A stretch of DNA of 59,438 bases. Source: Reclinomonas americana ATCC 50394 (Eukaryota). Location: assembly GCA_048213135.1 (NCBI GenBank), contig PS015470.1, forward strand, positions 19,182 through 78,619, in the 5' to 3' direction. Of this stretch, positions 11,252 to 24,251 are shown piece after piece. A model generated the notes under the pieces. That model was not told the origin of the DNA. It ran no database searches and was given only the letters and a program-made list of their open reading frames with translations. The position numbers were made by a program, and so were the translations under genes. Position 1 is the stretch's first letter. Every line of letters starts with the position of its first letter.

Positions 11252-14216
11252 ATGAACAGCGCAGCTGCGACAGACAGTGAAGACGGCGGTGGTGGCAGTG
11301 GCNNNNNNNNNNNNNNNNNNNNNNNNNNNNNNNNNNNNNNNNNNNNNNNNNNNNNNNNNNNNNNNNNNNNNNNNNNNNNNNNNNNNNNNNNNNNNNNNNN
11401 NNNNNNNNNNNNNNNNNNNNNNNNNNNNNNNNNNNNNNNNNNNNNNNNNNNNNNNNNNNNNNNNNNNNNNNNNNNNNNNNNNNNNNNNNNNNNNNNNNNN
11501 NNNNNNNNNNNNNNNNNNNNNNNNNNNNNNNNNNNNNNNNNNNNNNNNNNNNNNNNNNNNNNNNNNNNNNNNNNNNNNNNNNNNNNNNNNNNNNNNNNNN
11601 NNNNNNNNNNNNNNNNNNNNNNNNNNNNNNNNNNNNNNNNNNNGGCAGTCTTTGAGGAGCTGGATTTCGATGAGGTGGATGGTGTGGTGTTGTACCATCA
11701 GCGGCAGGCGTGGACTCCGCGACCTCCCTCGCCCATTTTATCGTCGCCGCCGATCTCGCAAGCGAGTAGCAAGCGCCGCATTGTGCCGCTGCCGGCACGT
11801 TCATCGCGCTACCTGACAACTGTGGACATGGATCGCGATTTCCCCAATCCTTTCGAAATACTCTCGAGCTTGTACGCGCAACAGCCTGTGCCAAAGCTCA
11901 ACCTGTTGCAGCTGCGGTCCGCCCAACAACTATGGCAGAAGCCGACCTTCGCGCCCGGCGCAGACATTGTTACATACACTCACAACTGGCGATGGGATGG
12001 TCGGCGTGCTTCTCGCGCGGAGGAAGATTACGGCGAGGTGATTGACAACTCGTACGGGCGTGAGCGGTTGTTGGATGGTGAAGCTGCCTCGATGCTCGAG
12101 TACGCGCCGGACTTGGTGTCGGTGGCAGTGCCGGAGATCGCACAGGATGGGTGTGTGGGCTGGATGTACTCGGTGGAAGAGCCTTGTGTCGGTGCCGATC
12201 CGCAGTACCAGCTGCTGTTGCGTCTGGGGTGGTGATTGTTCAACAGTGCATTCTCTAACTACGTTGATTCGCAGCCTGCGACCATTGCGCGGACCCCGTG
12301 CTTTCGTGCCCACCGGCGCCGAAGTCAGCAAGCATCGCAGCTCCCGATACAGCAACGTGGAGGTTCCGCGGTTGGCGAAACTGATTCGCAGCTCTGGCGT
12401 ACTACATCGTTCCATCATTCACGTTGTGCTGCTGACGATGGCGTTTGTGCATTGGGTGTGTGCGATCGCGTCGGCTGCCCACCTGTGGTTGGCCGGCTAT
12501 GTCACGCTGGGCGCCGTGGTATGCGCAGATGAAGTGTGCGAGAACGCCTGCAGCTGGCTTACTTTGTTGGTGTCTCGACGCAGATGGTGTCGATGCTGGG
12601 TGTGTACAGTGTTGTCGTGTGTGGTTGTCACGTGGCTGCGAATCGGGAGCACTGGTTGGAACAGTTGCGTTGCAAGTGCATGCAGGGAGGCGATGTATGT
12701 GTGTGTGTGGTCTTTGCTGGCTGACTCGCAGCTGCGCAGCTACGGCGTGCGGTCGACATCATTGGGTGTGTCGCTGGCGGTCGGAGCCACTGGTGTGTTG
12801 CAGTTTTATGTGCTATGTGCTGCTGGTCGTGCTCAACGCGGTATGCATCGCAGGCTTTCCGGCCATTTTGTACGGCGCGCTGGAGTACGACATTTTTGCC
12901 GCTCGACAGCACCTGTCAGACGTGTCGATGCTTGCCACGTGGTACTACTCGATGCATTCGTTGACGTTGGGCGTGTGGACCACTGGAGTTGCGTGCAGGG
13001 GGAGGTGCTTGAAGTGTTAGACTGATCCACTGGCTGACAACATGTCTCCTCCAGTTTTTCGTCTTCCTCGTCGTGCAGTACCAGATGCTGCACGTGCTCT
13101 ATGTCGCGGTGCGTGAAGCAGTCCCTCACTCGCGCAGATACATATCGTCGCTGACGTGAATTGTTTGTTTTCATTCGCCACGGTACAGGGACTCATCTCG
13201 AGCGTGGTAATGTTGCACTTTCTGCTGTCGTTCCCGGATTACTCTGGCACCAACCTCGCGTGCCTGAACGGTTGGATTGCTGTGGAGAACTTCCTGTTCT
13301 GTGCTTCAACTCACACACTCTATTTTTCTGTCAGTGTTTCACACCCCGTGCTCGACCACTTCACTCGTTTTGTACCCGCTGAACTGGCTGCTGACGCTCG
13401 GCATGAGTGGCATGGGCTGCTGGCACATTGGCCTGCTGGGAGCGGCGTTTGGGACGTACAATATGTTCTTTACGATGGTGGGAGAGGTCAGTCTCGTCGC
13501 CTGTCCGCAGCGGAGCGCTGCCCTTTCTTGCATTTTCTCCGGTTGCCACTCACTTCGGGACCCTGGTGGCAGGTGGCACTGCACGGCTTCCTGTTTTTGA
13601 TTTTCTACCTCGTGGACTGCGAGCGACTGCGAAACCGATGGCCACGCACCTTTCTGTGGACCCTGCGCCACCTGCTGAGAGAATTTCGCACTGGCGTCAT
13701 GTTGGCTCTGCACCTCGTCCCCTCGGCACAAGTGTGGTCCGTCACGTTGCGCGAGCTGACGGAGGTATGTTATCCACTCGTTTCCCCCACAACATCGCAG
13801 CATGTGAACTGATGTCTCTGGCTGACAGAATTCGGAAGTCGTGTCGGCCGGCAAGCAGTACGCCTGTTGTTTGACGCTGGTGGCCGTCGATTTTTCCTTG
13901 TGGTTCGCGGAGTATTCTCTGCAGTCGGCTGTATCGCCAAGGTCACCTCACTGCCCTTTTGTTGCAGGATCGCGGCTTGTGTGATTTCACTGCGCCGCAT
14001 CTCCACCACGAGTACGATCAGCAGCAGTACGTACCAGTTGTTCCTCACGGTTCGTACGCGTCAGTCAGTCCCGTTTCCGTCATCTCCCTCTGATCGTTGC
14101 TTTCGCGGTTGCAGACATCGTTGGTGCTTGGCATTTGGAGTCTGCTCGGCATCTTCTGGCAGCTCTCTCTCAAGCTCATGCTGAAACCGAAACATCGAGT
14201 GGTTCGCGACGTGTAA
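11252..14216 (+). CDS. Uncharacterised multi-pass membrane protein, multi-exon, spans N gap
   Basis: Soluble N-terminal ORF followed by several hydrophobic exons (e.g. LISSVVMLHFLLSF, VALHGFLFLIFYLV, LVLGIWSLLGIFWQLSL). Ends TAA at about 14216. No family recognised. Confidence 0.5.
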
Positions 14217-14306
14217 ACAACATTACAAACATGTCTCTATTATTCCCTTTCATCGACCAACACGCAGTAGAGTGTGACCAGCCTTTTGGTGGCAAGTGGG
14301 GGGTTT

Positions 14307-14322
14307 GGTGTCCATAGACACC
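14307..14322 (-). other. Histone 3'-UTR stem-loop-like hairpin
   Basis: On the minus strand: cacaat-GGTGTC-TATG-GACACC-aaacccc. It has a 6-bp stem and 4-nt loop with U at positions 1 and 3, about 140 nt after the H2B stop. Confidence 0.6.
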
Positions 14323-14461
14323 ATTGTGAAGAAAGAAGTTGGGGGTTGGGGAGGGAAAGGCTTTCCCCCCGCGGTTGACCCAGCAAAACAATAAGTGGGC
14401 CAATCCAGCGGGGAGGCAAGTACAGTCGCAGCCACACAGCCAGTAGCAGCTAGGAAGCAGC

Positions 14462-14714
14462 TTACTGGGCGTTGCTGGTGTACTTGGTGACGGCCTTGGT
14501 GCCCTCGGACACGGCGTGCTTGGCCAGCTCTCCCGGCAGCAGGAGGCGCACGGCAGTCTGGACCTCGCGAGACGAGAGGGTCTTGGTCTTGCCGTAGCGC
14601 ACCAGGCGGGAAGCCTCGTTGGCGATGCGCTCGAACACGTCGTTGATGAACGAGTTCATGATGTTCATGGCGCGGTTGGAGACACCAGTGTCGGGGTGCA
14701 CCTGCTTCAGCACC
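14462..14714 (-). CDS. H2B: Histone H2B, last exon; N-terminal exon lost in the gap 14721-14740
   Basis: [37 protein letters not shown]...[36 protein letters not shown], preceded by the acceptor CAACAG. Confidence 0.97.
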
Positions 14715-15218
14715 CTGTTGNNNNNNNNNNNNNNNNNNNNATCACCTCCCCCCACTGGAGACCTTCCCTCCTCGGAGGGAGGGGGTGTTGTTGCCGCGCG
14801 CGCCATTTTGTGCGCCATCGCATCCCTTATTTTTTTCGGGATGCGGTGCCACAATGGCGAGCAGGCAGCTACGCTTTCTCTCGTACTTCTTAATGGCGCT
14901 TATTAGCGCCAAACCCCACATACCACCAACAAGAAAAAGAAGTCATCACGCTTTCTTGTGTGTGTATTGTATGTCAATGTGTCATCGTCATTTTTCCAAA
15001 CAGTGTTCCACGAGGAATCGGAAGGAGCTCGAACTCAAAACCAACCCGTCTCGTTGGCATGCGAGTGGACGTCGCAGTTGTTGTGTGTCTGTGTGTGAGG
15101 ATCCCAATGAAGCGCATTGTTTGATCGGACGATGTCCCGAATTCCCCGATCTGAAATCCATTCTGCAGGCGTTCCTTGTGCAAAGCACACCCACACTGCC
15201 CATCGCGCCTCCACTGAC

Positions 15219-18200
15219 ATGGGCAGCCGCGCGTCAGTGGCACAGCGTCGAGCTGCAGGCAGCGGTGGTGGTGGCAGCACAATGCTGGCATCACAGCTCC
15301 ACGCACAACCGTCACCGGCCGATGGCGACGAGGAGCAACAGCGGCGGCGCGAACGTCGTCACCGTCGCCACCAGCGCCGCCGACACCGTCATCACAAGCG
15401 ACGGCGTCGCCATCGCCATCGTGACGAGGCCGAGATCGATGAAGATCCGACAGGTGATTTCGTCCCTCTGGGCCTCCCCATCTGCCTCTTTGCTTCTCCT
15501 CATTCTCCGTGTGCCACAGATCGCGGCTCCGACGATGAGCAAGACATGCCACCGATCGCCGAGGAGCCCAGTCCGCCATTGTCGGCGCGTGGCACGTCGC
15601 GTCTGCGGGAACACTGGCGGCATGTGTGCGACGCCATGACGTCGTTGTCGTTGAGTGCACATCCGCAGGCCAACGCCGACGGCTCCGTGTCGCGTCTGTT
15701 CCACGTGCCGCTGAAGGTGCTGCTCACTGGGCGCACCGAGCCGGAGCCGGCGTTGGAGGCCATCTCGGCACTGGTGCAGGCCGTCGATGTCAAGGTGATT
15801 CTGGTGTGCGGCGCACCGGGCTCGGGCAAGTCGTCGCTGGTGCAGCAGGCACTCGGACCGCTGTGGGATGCCGTGACAGTCGATGTGGTGCCGGAGACCG
15901 ATGTGGCGACGTCGACGCTGGCCACAGACACGGAGCTTGGACGGCGGCCGACGGTGCCCGTGTACGCCTTTGCCGACACGTTCCGATCGCTGCCCTCGTT
16001 CTTCTCATCGATTGGCATGCACGACGATGAGGTATGTTGCTGCTGCTGCTGCTGCTGTAATGCTGTGTTGCTTTCTGACACCGGGTGACGCCAGATCGAG
16101 TCGGTTCGCAAGTCGCATCGGATTGTGCTCGTGCTCGACGACTGGGAGTGGCAGTACAAGGCCGATCGCAGCATTTGGGATGCGTTGCAGTTGTCGGTGG
16201 GTGCTGCTGTCGTCCATTCTTTCGAGGAGGTCGTGCAATTGATCCGGCATCACTGCGCAGGGTTGGTGCGTGCGGCTGGTGGTGATTACGAGGTGCACGA
16301 GCGTCGCCTCGGCCGATGCCATCTGGCTTGGTCCGCCCAACAAGGCCACCCCGCAGAGTCGTCGAGCGTACGTTATCGACTGTCTCATGCAACCTTTGAC
16401 TCACACGCAAGTGTCGGACGTCACGAAACGGTGCTGCTTTTGTGTGCACGAAGATCAGCTTCCCTCCCATTGTGGTTGCTCACATCTCCTTCATCACCCA
16501 CAGATCGATGGAGTTGGTCGGCAGTGTGGCCAAGAAGCACTTGCCGTCGCATTACTTTCGCCAGTTTCTCGGTCTGCCGGGACTGGAAGAGCTCACGCAA
16601 GTGGTGAGTTCCTTGCCTACAACGACAACAACAACAACAACAACAGTTGCGATACTGACAACTGTCACTGTAGCCCCTGCATCTCACTCTGGCGGTGGAG
16701 GCGTGGGAATCGTTGTGCCCGGAGCGCGATCCGCTGCCGACGGCACCAGTGTTGCAGCGACTGCAAATCTTCCGAGCCTTTGTTCGCATGCGCACGGCAC
16801 ACGCGGTGAAGCAGCTCCCGTACGGCAAGGTACGTACACACACAGGGGCACCGTCCTCTTTGCTGTGCTGACTCGCTGCGCAGTTGTACAGGAACGATGC
16901 GGAGGCTGTCGAAGCCGAATTGCGCTTCTCTGAAGAAGTCGCCATGAGCATGATGGCACTCGGGTGCCGCTCGGTGACTGCGCAGCAGGTGAGAGTGTTG
17001 CTGATATACACACTATGAAGTCCCACGCGCTCACACAGATATGCACACAAATGTACAGACCGACTTGTGGAACAGGTTCTTCGACGCGGCCTCGAGCGAG
17101 CAAAAGACGTGGTTGCGGGGAGCGGTGAGACTTCTCCTTCTTTGATGCCACTGCCACCGACGAGTCCTCACGAGTGCATGCGCACAGTCACTGCTGCGTC
17201 GTGACTCTCGCGCGACCTATCGCTGGCTGCACCCCACCCTGCTGGAGTACTTTGCTGCCGAGGGCTTCTGCCGATGTGTGCTGGCGCGTGACTATGCACA
17301 GCTCAATCGACGTCTGGTGGCGCATGAGGTGTGTACAGAGGATGAGAATGGCTGTTGCTGCAGGCTGACTCACGCAAACATGCAGACCTCGTTGATACAA
17401 TTTATGAGCGACAGCGCGGAAGGAGCAGCTCGCTTGCGCGAGGCACTGCTCGAGACCGTGCTGGCCACTCGTCGCCACCACCACCTGGCCACCGCCGCAG
17501 CCAATGCCATTACTGGTATGACGATGCATCGGGCATGGTGTGTTTCAATGACCTCACTAACTCGCGGTCCGTTGCAGTTCTCAACGTGTGCCGCCAGCCG
17601 CTGAGCAACACTGACTTGCGCGGCGTTCGCATCTGCGGTGCTGATTTGAGCCATGTTTCGTTTGTGTCTTTGTTGCCACGAAGGCGCCTGCTGCTAATGC
17701 ATTGATGGCGCAGAGTGTGATGGACGGTGCCATCTTGGATGGTGCTGATTTGGATCAAGTGTCGCTGTCACGCGCTTGGCTCGCCCGCTCATCGCTGCGC
17801 GGAGCCTCGCTGAGCAACGTGTTCATGGACGAGCGACCACGATGCAAGGTAGAGTAGATGCAGTGCTGTCGATGTCTTGCCGGGACTCGCCTCACTCATC
17901 ACCGCTGCAGATGCACTCCTCCATTGCCGGGTTTGATGTCGGCCCTGCTGGTGTGGTAGTGGCCGATCTCGGTTCTGGCGGCCCGCAGTTGTGGTCAGCC
18001 GCGAGTGACATGCAGCTTTTGAAGACGTTCCAGTTGCCACGCAGTTGCGCTGCTGTCAGTTCGTGAGTGTGATGATGGTGAGCGATTCCTCATACATCGC
18101 TTGCAGTCGCCACTCTGCCTACCCTGTCTGGCATCTGTTTCGTTCCGCTTCCTGCACGGCGCGATGATGCGTGGCGAGCACCGCCGCACCACCAGTTACG

Positions 18201-20667
18201 AATTCCGTTAATGCGGTTCCTGTTGGGTGCTCGCCTCACCTGGGGAATGTGCACAGACTGGTGGCCACGTGCAGCGTGGACGTTTCGGAGGTGAAGCTCT
18301 GGGATGCCGACACTGGCCTACCGTTGTCACTTGTAGGCGGGCATTCGGTTGGTGGCGTGTACGCCGTGTGTGCCACTCGCGACGGCTCCACGCTGGCTAG
18401 CGCCGGCGGCGACGGGACTGTGCGACTGTGGAAAATGACGTACGTCACCTCACTCAACAAGGTCAGGCAGGTGGAGGTCGCGAGGTTTGTTGCGCCTTTC
18501 ATATTCCGCCCGCAGCCGATGTGCACGCTCCCTGCTGACCTTCGGTCACGCGTAGACCGGAGGTTGAAGCGACTGTGGTGTTTCAACGGCATGTGGGCCC
18601 AGTGTTGTGTGTGGCGTTTGCCGAGGACCGCGACCCGAGCGAGAGCACGCAGTACCAGGTGGTACAAGAGGAGCAACCGCCGGCGTGGCCTCCAGCCGAG
18701 ACGGTGGTGCTGTCGGGTGGCGAAGACTGGACCGTCAATGTGTGGTTCTCACAAGAGGATGTGGTGACGTGCACTGGCCACGAGGGTACGTTGCCATGAT
18801 GATATATTTTATTCAGTGAGCAAGTGTCGCTAACTGCTGGCGACGCAGGCTCTGTCACATGCGTGGCCGCGTCGCCGTACGAGTGTGGTCTCGGCTGTTT
18901 TGTTTCCGGTTCGGCCGACTGCACCGTTCGCGTATGGGAGCTGGCGTCGTGCGAATGCGTCCACGTTTTGCGCGGACACACGCAAGGAGTTGCGTCGACT
19001 TGCTGCTTCGTGATCTCGACACGCTGCCACTGACCTTCTTGCAATAGGTCACTGCTGTTGCCTTCTCCGGAGACTCGATTGCCTCCAGTGCGCAAGACTT
19101 GGCCATTCGGCTGTGGTGCGTCGCTCGCACGCCTTTTTCGCCATCGCTCCAACACACTCACTTGTGCACGTCGCAGGGATCCGATATCCGGGGAATCGCT
19201 GCGCATTTTGCGTGGTCACACGTACATTGTCTCGCAGCTGCGATACATTCCCGATCCTGACGGCCGCAGCTTGCCGATACTCATGTCGAGTTCGCTGGAC
19301 GGCACCATCCGACGATGGGCCACCATGCCGCAGCCGTCGGCCTACCGTTCCATGGCCTTCAAGGACATTACCGGCATGGTTGTCTCTGGCGACGGTCGCT
19401 CCGTGTATGTCATCGATGCAGGGCATTTGTTGCGACTGGATGCAGTCACAGGCTGCCTGCAGGAGGCTTCACCGTTCCGACTGCGCAAGGTCTGGTTCTC
19501 GTCATCGTCGTCGTCGCCACTGGCGAGTGGCCGGCAACTCACCCATACGATTTGTTTGCAGATTACATGCGCGGCGACTTCTGCCAGTGCATTGGTCACC
19601 TGTTCGCGCGCTGGCGTGCAAATGTGGATGCCGTCGTCACCAGAGCCGGAAACGCTGGATGAGATTGTGGAGGTGTGATTTCGTTGCCCCTCTGTTTATA
19701 TTTTGCTTGTTTTCTCCTCACCCACTGATGGTCGTCGCAGGCCGTGACATCGCGCGTCGCTGTCTCGCGCAACAATGTGTGCTTGTACATTACTGGAGTG
19801 GAGCGCCTGGCGCACCTGTGGAAGCCAGATAGCGACGGATTCATGGATCTGGATCCGGTGCTGTCCACACGTCTGGACGAGCAGTCGAAGATTGTGTGCA
19901 TTGCGCTCTCCGACGACGGCCGGCGAGCCCTCACCGGCAACGAGGTCGGTGGTGTTGTGCTGTGGGACGCCGAATCCGGCAAGAGAATGCACTCGCTGCC
20001 GGGTCACACACAAGCCATTACGTGGTGCGTCGCCAACAGAAAGTCCATGGCGGTAACAGCGACAGTTTCCCTCACTATCGCGCTCCATCCATGCAGTCTG
20101 GCTATCTCAGCCACCGGCGAGTGGGGTCTGACGGCGTGCGCGAATCGCGTGAGCAAGCTGTGGAACCTGCCGGGTCAGTACTCGGTCGACTTGCCGCACC
20201 AGGCCATGGCACTGTGCTGTCAGTTCTCGGACGCAGCCTTTTCGACGCCGGTATGTTAATGCTGTGTTGTCTGCGCAACTGGGGTTTTCCCTCCTTTTCA
20301 ATCTGCACGCGAAACGCAGGATGGAGGCGCTCTGCGACTGGTCATTGGCAACTCACGCGGCCACGCGCTGGTGTGGGAGATCACCGCCGACGCGGTCAAT
20401 CTGCTGGTGGACATTGACTGCTTTGTGAGTCCGGGCGTCGAGTTCCCGGCCCGCCAGGTGGCCTTCTGCGCCCCCAACTGCGTCATTGTGGCACACATGG
20501 GTGTCGTCCGCGCGTGGTACTTTGCCGGTGGCGAACCATCGTTGCTGTGGCGGTGTGGTCCATCGTCGGACTTGGAGGCTCACGACGCGCAACTGCGTGG
20601 CGTGACCAAGATCGACGTCGCCACGCGGCTGCTGCTGACCGAGCGCAGGGCGATATCGATGAGCTGA
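15219..20667 (+). CDS. STAND/NACHT-like NTPase + pentapeptide repeat + WD40 protein (NLR-like), multi-exon
   Basis: Walker A GAPGSGKSS, Walker B IVLVLDDW and winged-helix YRWLHPTLLEYFAA. Then AAANAIT|VLN...DLRGVRICGADLS...LDGADLDQVSLSRAWL (pentapeptide). Multiple WD40 repeats follow (LASAGGDGTVRLW, FVSGSADCTVRVW, SSSLDGTIRRW). Confidence 0.85.
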
Positions 20668-20717
20668 GTGGCTGGTTCATTTCTATGCCTCGCTGGTCGG
20701 CAGGCGACAGCCCGTCA

Positions 20718-22324
20718 CTACTGCTGCTTCCTGCGTGACGGCACCCGTCTGAACGAGTCGACGAGCCAGCGCACTAGGCACACGAGCACCAGCACGTGCG
20801 CAGCGATGGTGATCATGGCCAGTGCGCGGAACGCAGCGACGCGTTCCCCTGATTCCACCACTGCGTGAGGGGGAAGAACGGAAGTGAATGAACCTCATTG
20901 CACATCCTTCACATGCACACATGCACACGCACCCGTGTACCACGTTCGCCACAGCAGCAGCGCGATCGCACTCACGAATGCGCAGCCGTACTCCAGTGCC
21001 TTGGCAATCGATTGGTTCCACCAGCGGAAATTGTCGGCTGTGCACACCACAGCGTGGGTCAGCGGCGGCGCAAGGAGAGACGCACGTAACCACTACGCAA
21101 CGGCATTGCTCGGCGCTGTAGCTCGCTCCAATGTCTTCCTCGAACAGGAGCAGCGGCGGACTCGATACGAGACGCACACCGACGAGAAGGAGCACCACGT
21201 ACGCCGCACTCCACCACCGCCAGTCGACAAAGACATCAAAGGCCACACGAACAACTGTGTGTTCCCACATGGCACTCGGCTGCACTCCACCTCCATGAGT
21301 ACCTCATCAACACGGCAACACACACGTGCACACCCACACCCGATGCACAAACCATGTCGCCAATGGCGATCAACGCCGCATAGTACCACACGGCAATGGG
21401 CGCCAACCAACGGTAGCACAGCAGCAGCAGGCGACGCAGCCCGAAAGACCAGTCGCTCAGTTCGATCGGCTGGCGAACCAGACGCTGCGCATGCACAGAG
21501 AGAGAGAGAGGCGATGAGTGCAAGACGCACCCACGTCAAACACACACCACAAGACCGACGCACCACCCACACGGGCAGCGACAGTGCAGCCAGCAGACTT
21601 GCACGCGCAAAGTACACAAACAGAGTCGGCACTGCACTCAGTAGCCGCGAGAAAGCGTCCATGATCCCACCAGAGGCCATCGCCACGAGTCGGGCCTCGG
21701 TCGACGCAGGCGATGCCGACGACGGCTTTGACGGCATGGCCTGCACGTCAAACTCGTCGGGATCAAGAGCTCCACTCGACAGCGATGCAGCTCCTGCTTC
21801 CGCGCACCACTCAGTGCACAACCCTACGATGCACAAACGATCTTACGTTCGTACACACCACCAGCAGGAGAAGGCGATGATGATGATGATGATCGCATGA
21901 CATGGAATCCATCCTGCTGCGCCAGCGGCACACCCAGCGAATCCAACACCCACGCCGATGGACTCATCCCACGCGCCGACTGGCCCTCCACGCGCCCATA
22001 AAAGACCACCACAATCAGCGTGAGGAAGAGGAAGCGTCGAATATACATCGCGCCCTGGAACAGCAGCACTTGCTTCCACTTGAGACGTGCCCACCAGTTG
22101 TGCGCACGTTGCGGCTATCACATATATATATGTGTGTGAGAGAGAAGTACAGAGCGCGAGTGAGAGAGACAAGTCGCAACTGGCTTTTTTGGCGCCTTCT
22201 CGTCGGCCACAGTGACGATGTCCCAGAATTCTTCATCAGTCAGTGGCAGCAGAGGCGGGTTGCTGGATGGATGCCCCACAATGCCACTGGCCACACCCAG
22301 TGCAGTCGCCACCACGTCGGCCAT
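20718..22324 (-). CDS. Uncharacterised membrane protein, multi-exon
   Basis: Starts MADVVATALG. Contains hydrophobic segments (WWSAAYVVLLLVGV; ALAMITIAAHVLVLVCLVRWLV). TAG at 20718-20720. Exon structure approximate. Confidence 0.5.
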
Positions 22325-22331
22325 TTTTGCG

Positions 22332-23034
22332 CTAACGTCGCAGGACGTTGGAAAACGAACTGCCTGCCTTCCTTACCTTGTGTGCGCCGTGAGTGGACCA
22401 CAGCGCGCGTGTGTGTCTTGAGTGTGTGTGAGTGTGAGTGTCTTTCTGAGGAGAGAGATGAGCGACACAATCAAGATCTATGGACGATCACATCGAGCAC
22501 GATGAGTTGGCCGGCAAGGGCTTTGTCGGTGAACAACACCCCCTTGCCACTCACTCACTCACTCTCTCTATTACACTCACTTCCTTGTGCTCTCTCACAC
22601 ACGCAGAGTTCTCGATCGCACGCGACGCACAAGCCGGCTACGTCAACAACTCACGAGAGAACTCAAGTTTGAGTTCAACCGCGTGTTCGACCGCGACACC
22701 CTCCAAGACGAGGTGTTTGATGTGGTGGCGCGCCCGAGTGTGGTCAGTGCGCTGGATGGGTACAACTCGCTGCGACGATTTTCGCGTACGGACAGACCGG
22801 CAGCGGTAAGACGTACACCATGACGGGCAGCACCAAGCGCTACGAGGATCGTGGTATCATTCCGCGAGTGATCTCCATGATCTTTGGTGAGCTGCAGAAG
22901 GTTTGTATGCGCAAGTCCGTGTGTCTCTCTTGCGGAAGGGTGACCACGATGAGACTGAGGAGTGTGGTGCAGCGATCGGATTATGTCTAGACGATTCACC
23001 TCGTATCTGGAGATCTACAACGAGTGCGGCTACG
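22332..23034 (+). pseudogene. Decayed duplicate of the KIF6 promoter and first exons/introns
   Basis: Near-identical to 24131-24870 but carries a 32-nt deletion after TATGGACG, a 1-nt deletion, a 5-nt insertion, a 2-nt deletion and TAC->TAG at 22988-22990. Introns are retained. Confidence 0.9.
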
Positions 23035-24251
23035 TGCGATGTCACGGAAGTGGGCGATGATCAGATGTGCAATCTGTGTGCTCCTATCAGAACCATACCA
23101 TCCGTTCGATTGGTGGTGGTGTCTGCTGGTGATTGACTGACGCTCGGACCCCAGTCGATGTCTGGGATACGACTGCCAGCAGCTACGACGAGCTAGGCGA
23201 TGGGCACAACAGTGACAGTTCAGGTACTTTCAACGGCAGTTCCCAGTCTCGATCGGCGTTGCCTGCAAAGTTTCGCACAAGTGTAATTGCGAGACTGCGA
23301 GGCACCCGGTGGCCGATCTTGCCTCTGTCGCTCCGTTTTGATCACGAGCGACTTCGTCAAGTGATCAAGCATGGTGGTAAGTTTGGCGTACCTCCCGCTG
23401 ACACGCTGTCGGTCGCCGTATTACTGCCGCAGAACACAGTGAAACAGCGGCATCGTCCCCGTGGCGCGACCAAGACACAAGAAATCAGTTCCTTGGCAAG
23501 TCGTCGATGAACGAGTTTCGGGCGGTGGTGCACTGGACGTCACCGGTACGGCTGCTGGTACACTCTCCATGCCTGCGTCACCACCGCACTGTTGACGGCG
23601 GCTGTAATTGCATAGGCGAGACTCAGGTGGCCGCGTGTGAATGAACTCATTGTGTACAGATTTATCACACACAGCTGCAGTGCAGCAAAAGCTCGTCATC
23701 CGTATCGGCGCGCGTCGGCGCTGCAGTCTGGCGGGCCTCGCTCTGGACTTGTAGCACTCTCACCGTGTACGGCGCGTTCAAACTCCGTGGATCCACAATT
23801 AACAGCTGCAGCGGTGAGTGCTGGCGCAGCCTGACTCGATGTGGGGCCAGGTTCGTGCCTACCAAACGCACCAGGGCGGAATACTTCATCCATGGCCTTC
23901 ACGCTCAACCGCGACCCCGGAAGAAGGTCGCCCAGGCGCCGAGCAACGGAACGGTTGCTGGAGAAGAAGCGAAGACGAGCAGCGCTAGCAGCAGACATTT
24001 CTGAGACAGAAAAAATGTGTCAGAGACACCAATGGCCAATCAGGTGAGCCAACGCTCCACACACACAGACGCACACGCACGCACGCAGTTTACATTAAAT
24101 GTTGAGAAATCGAGGAACGCTTGAAGTGCACTAACGTCGCAGGACGTTGGAAAACGAACTGCCTTCCTTGTGCGCGCCGTGAGTGGACCACAACGCGCGC
24201 GTGTGTGTGTCTTGAGTGCGTGTGAGTGTGAGTGTCTTGCTGAGGAGAGAG

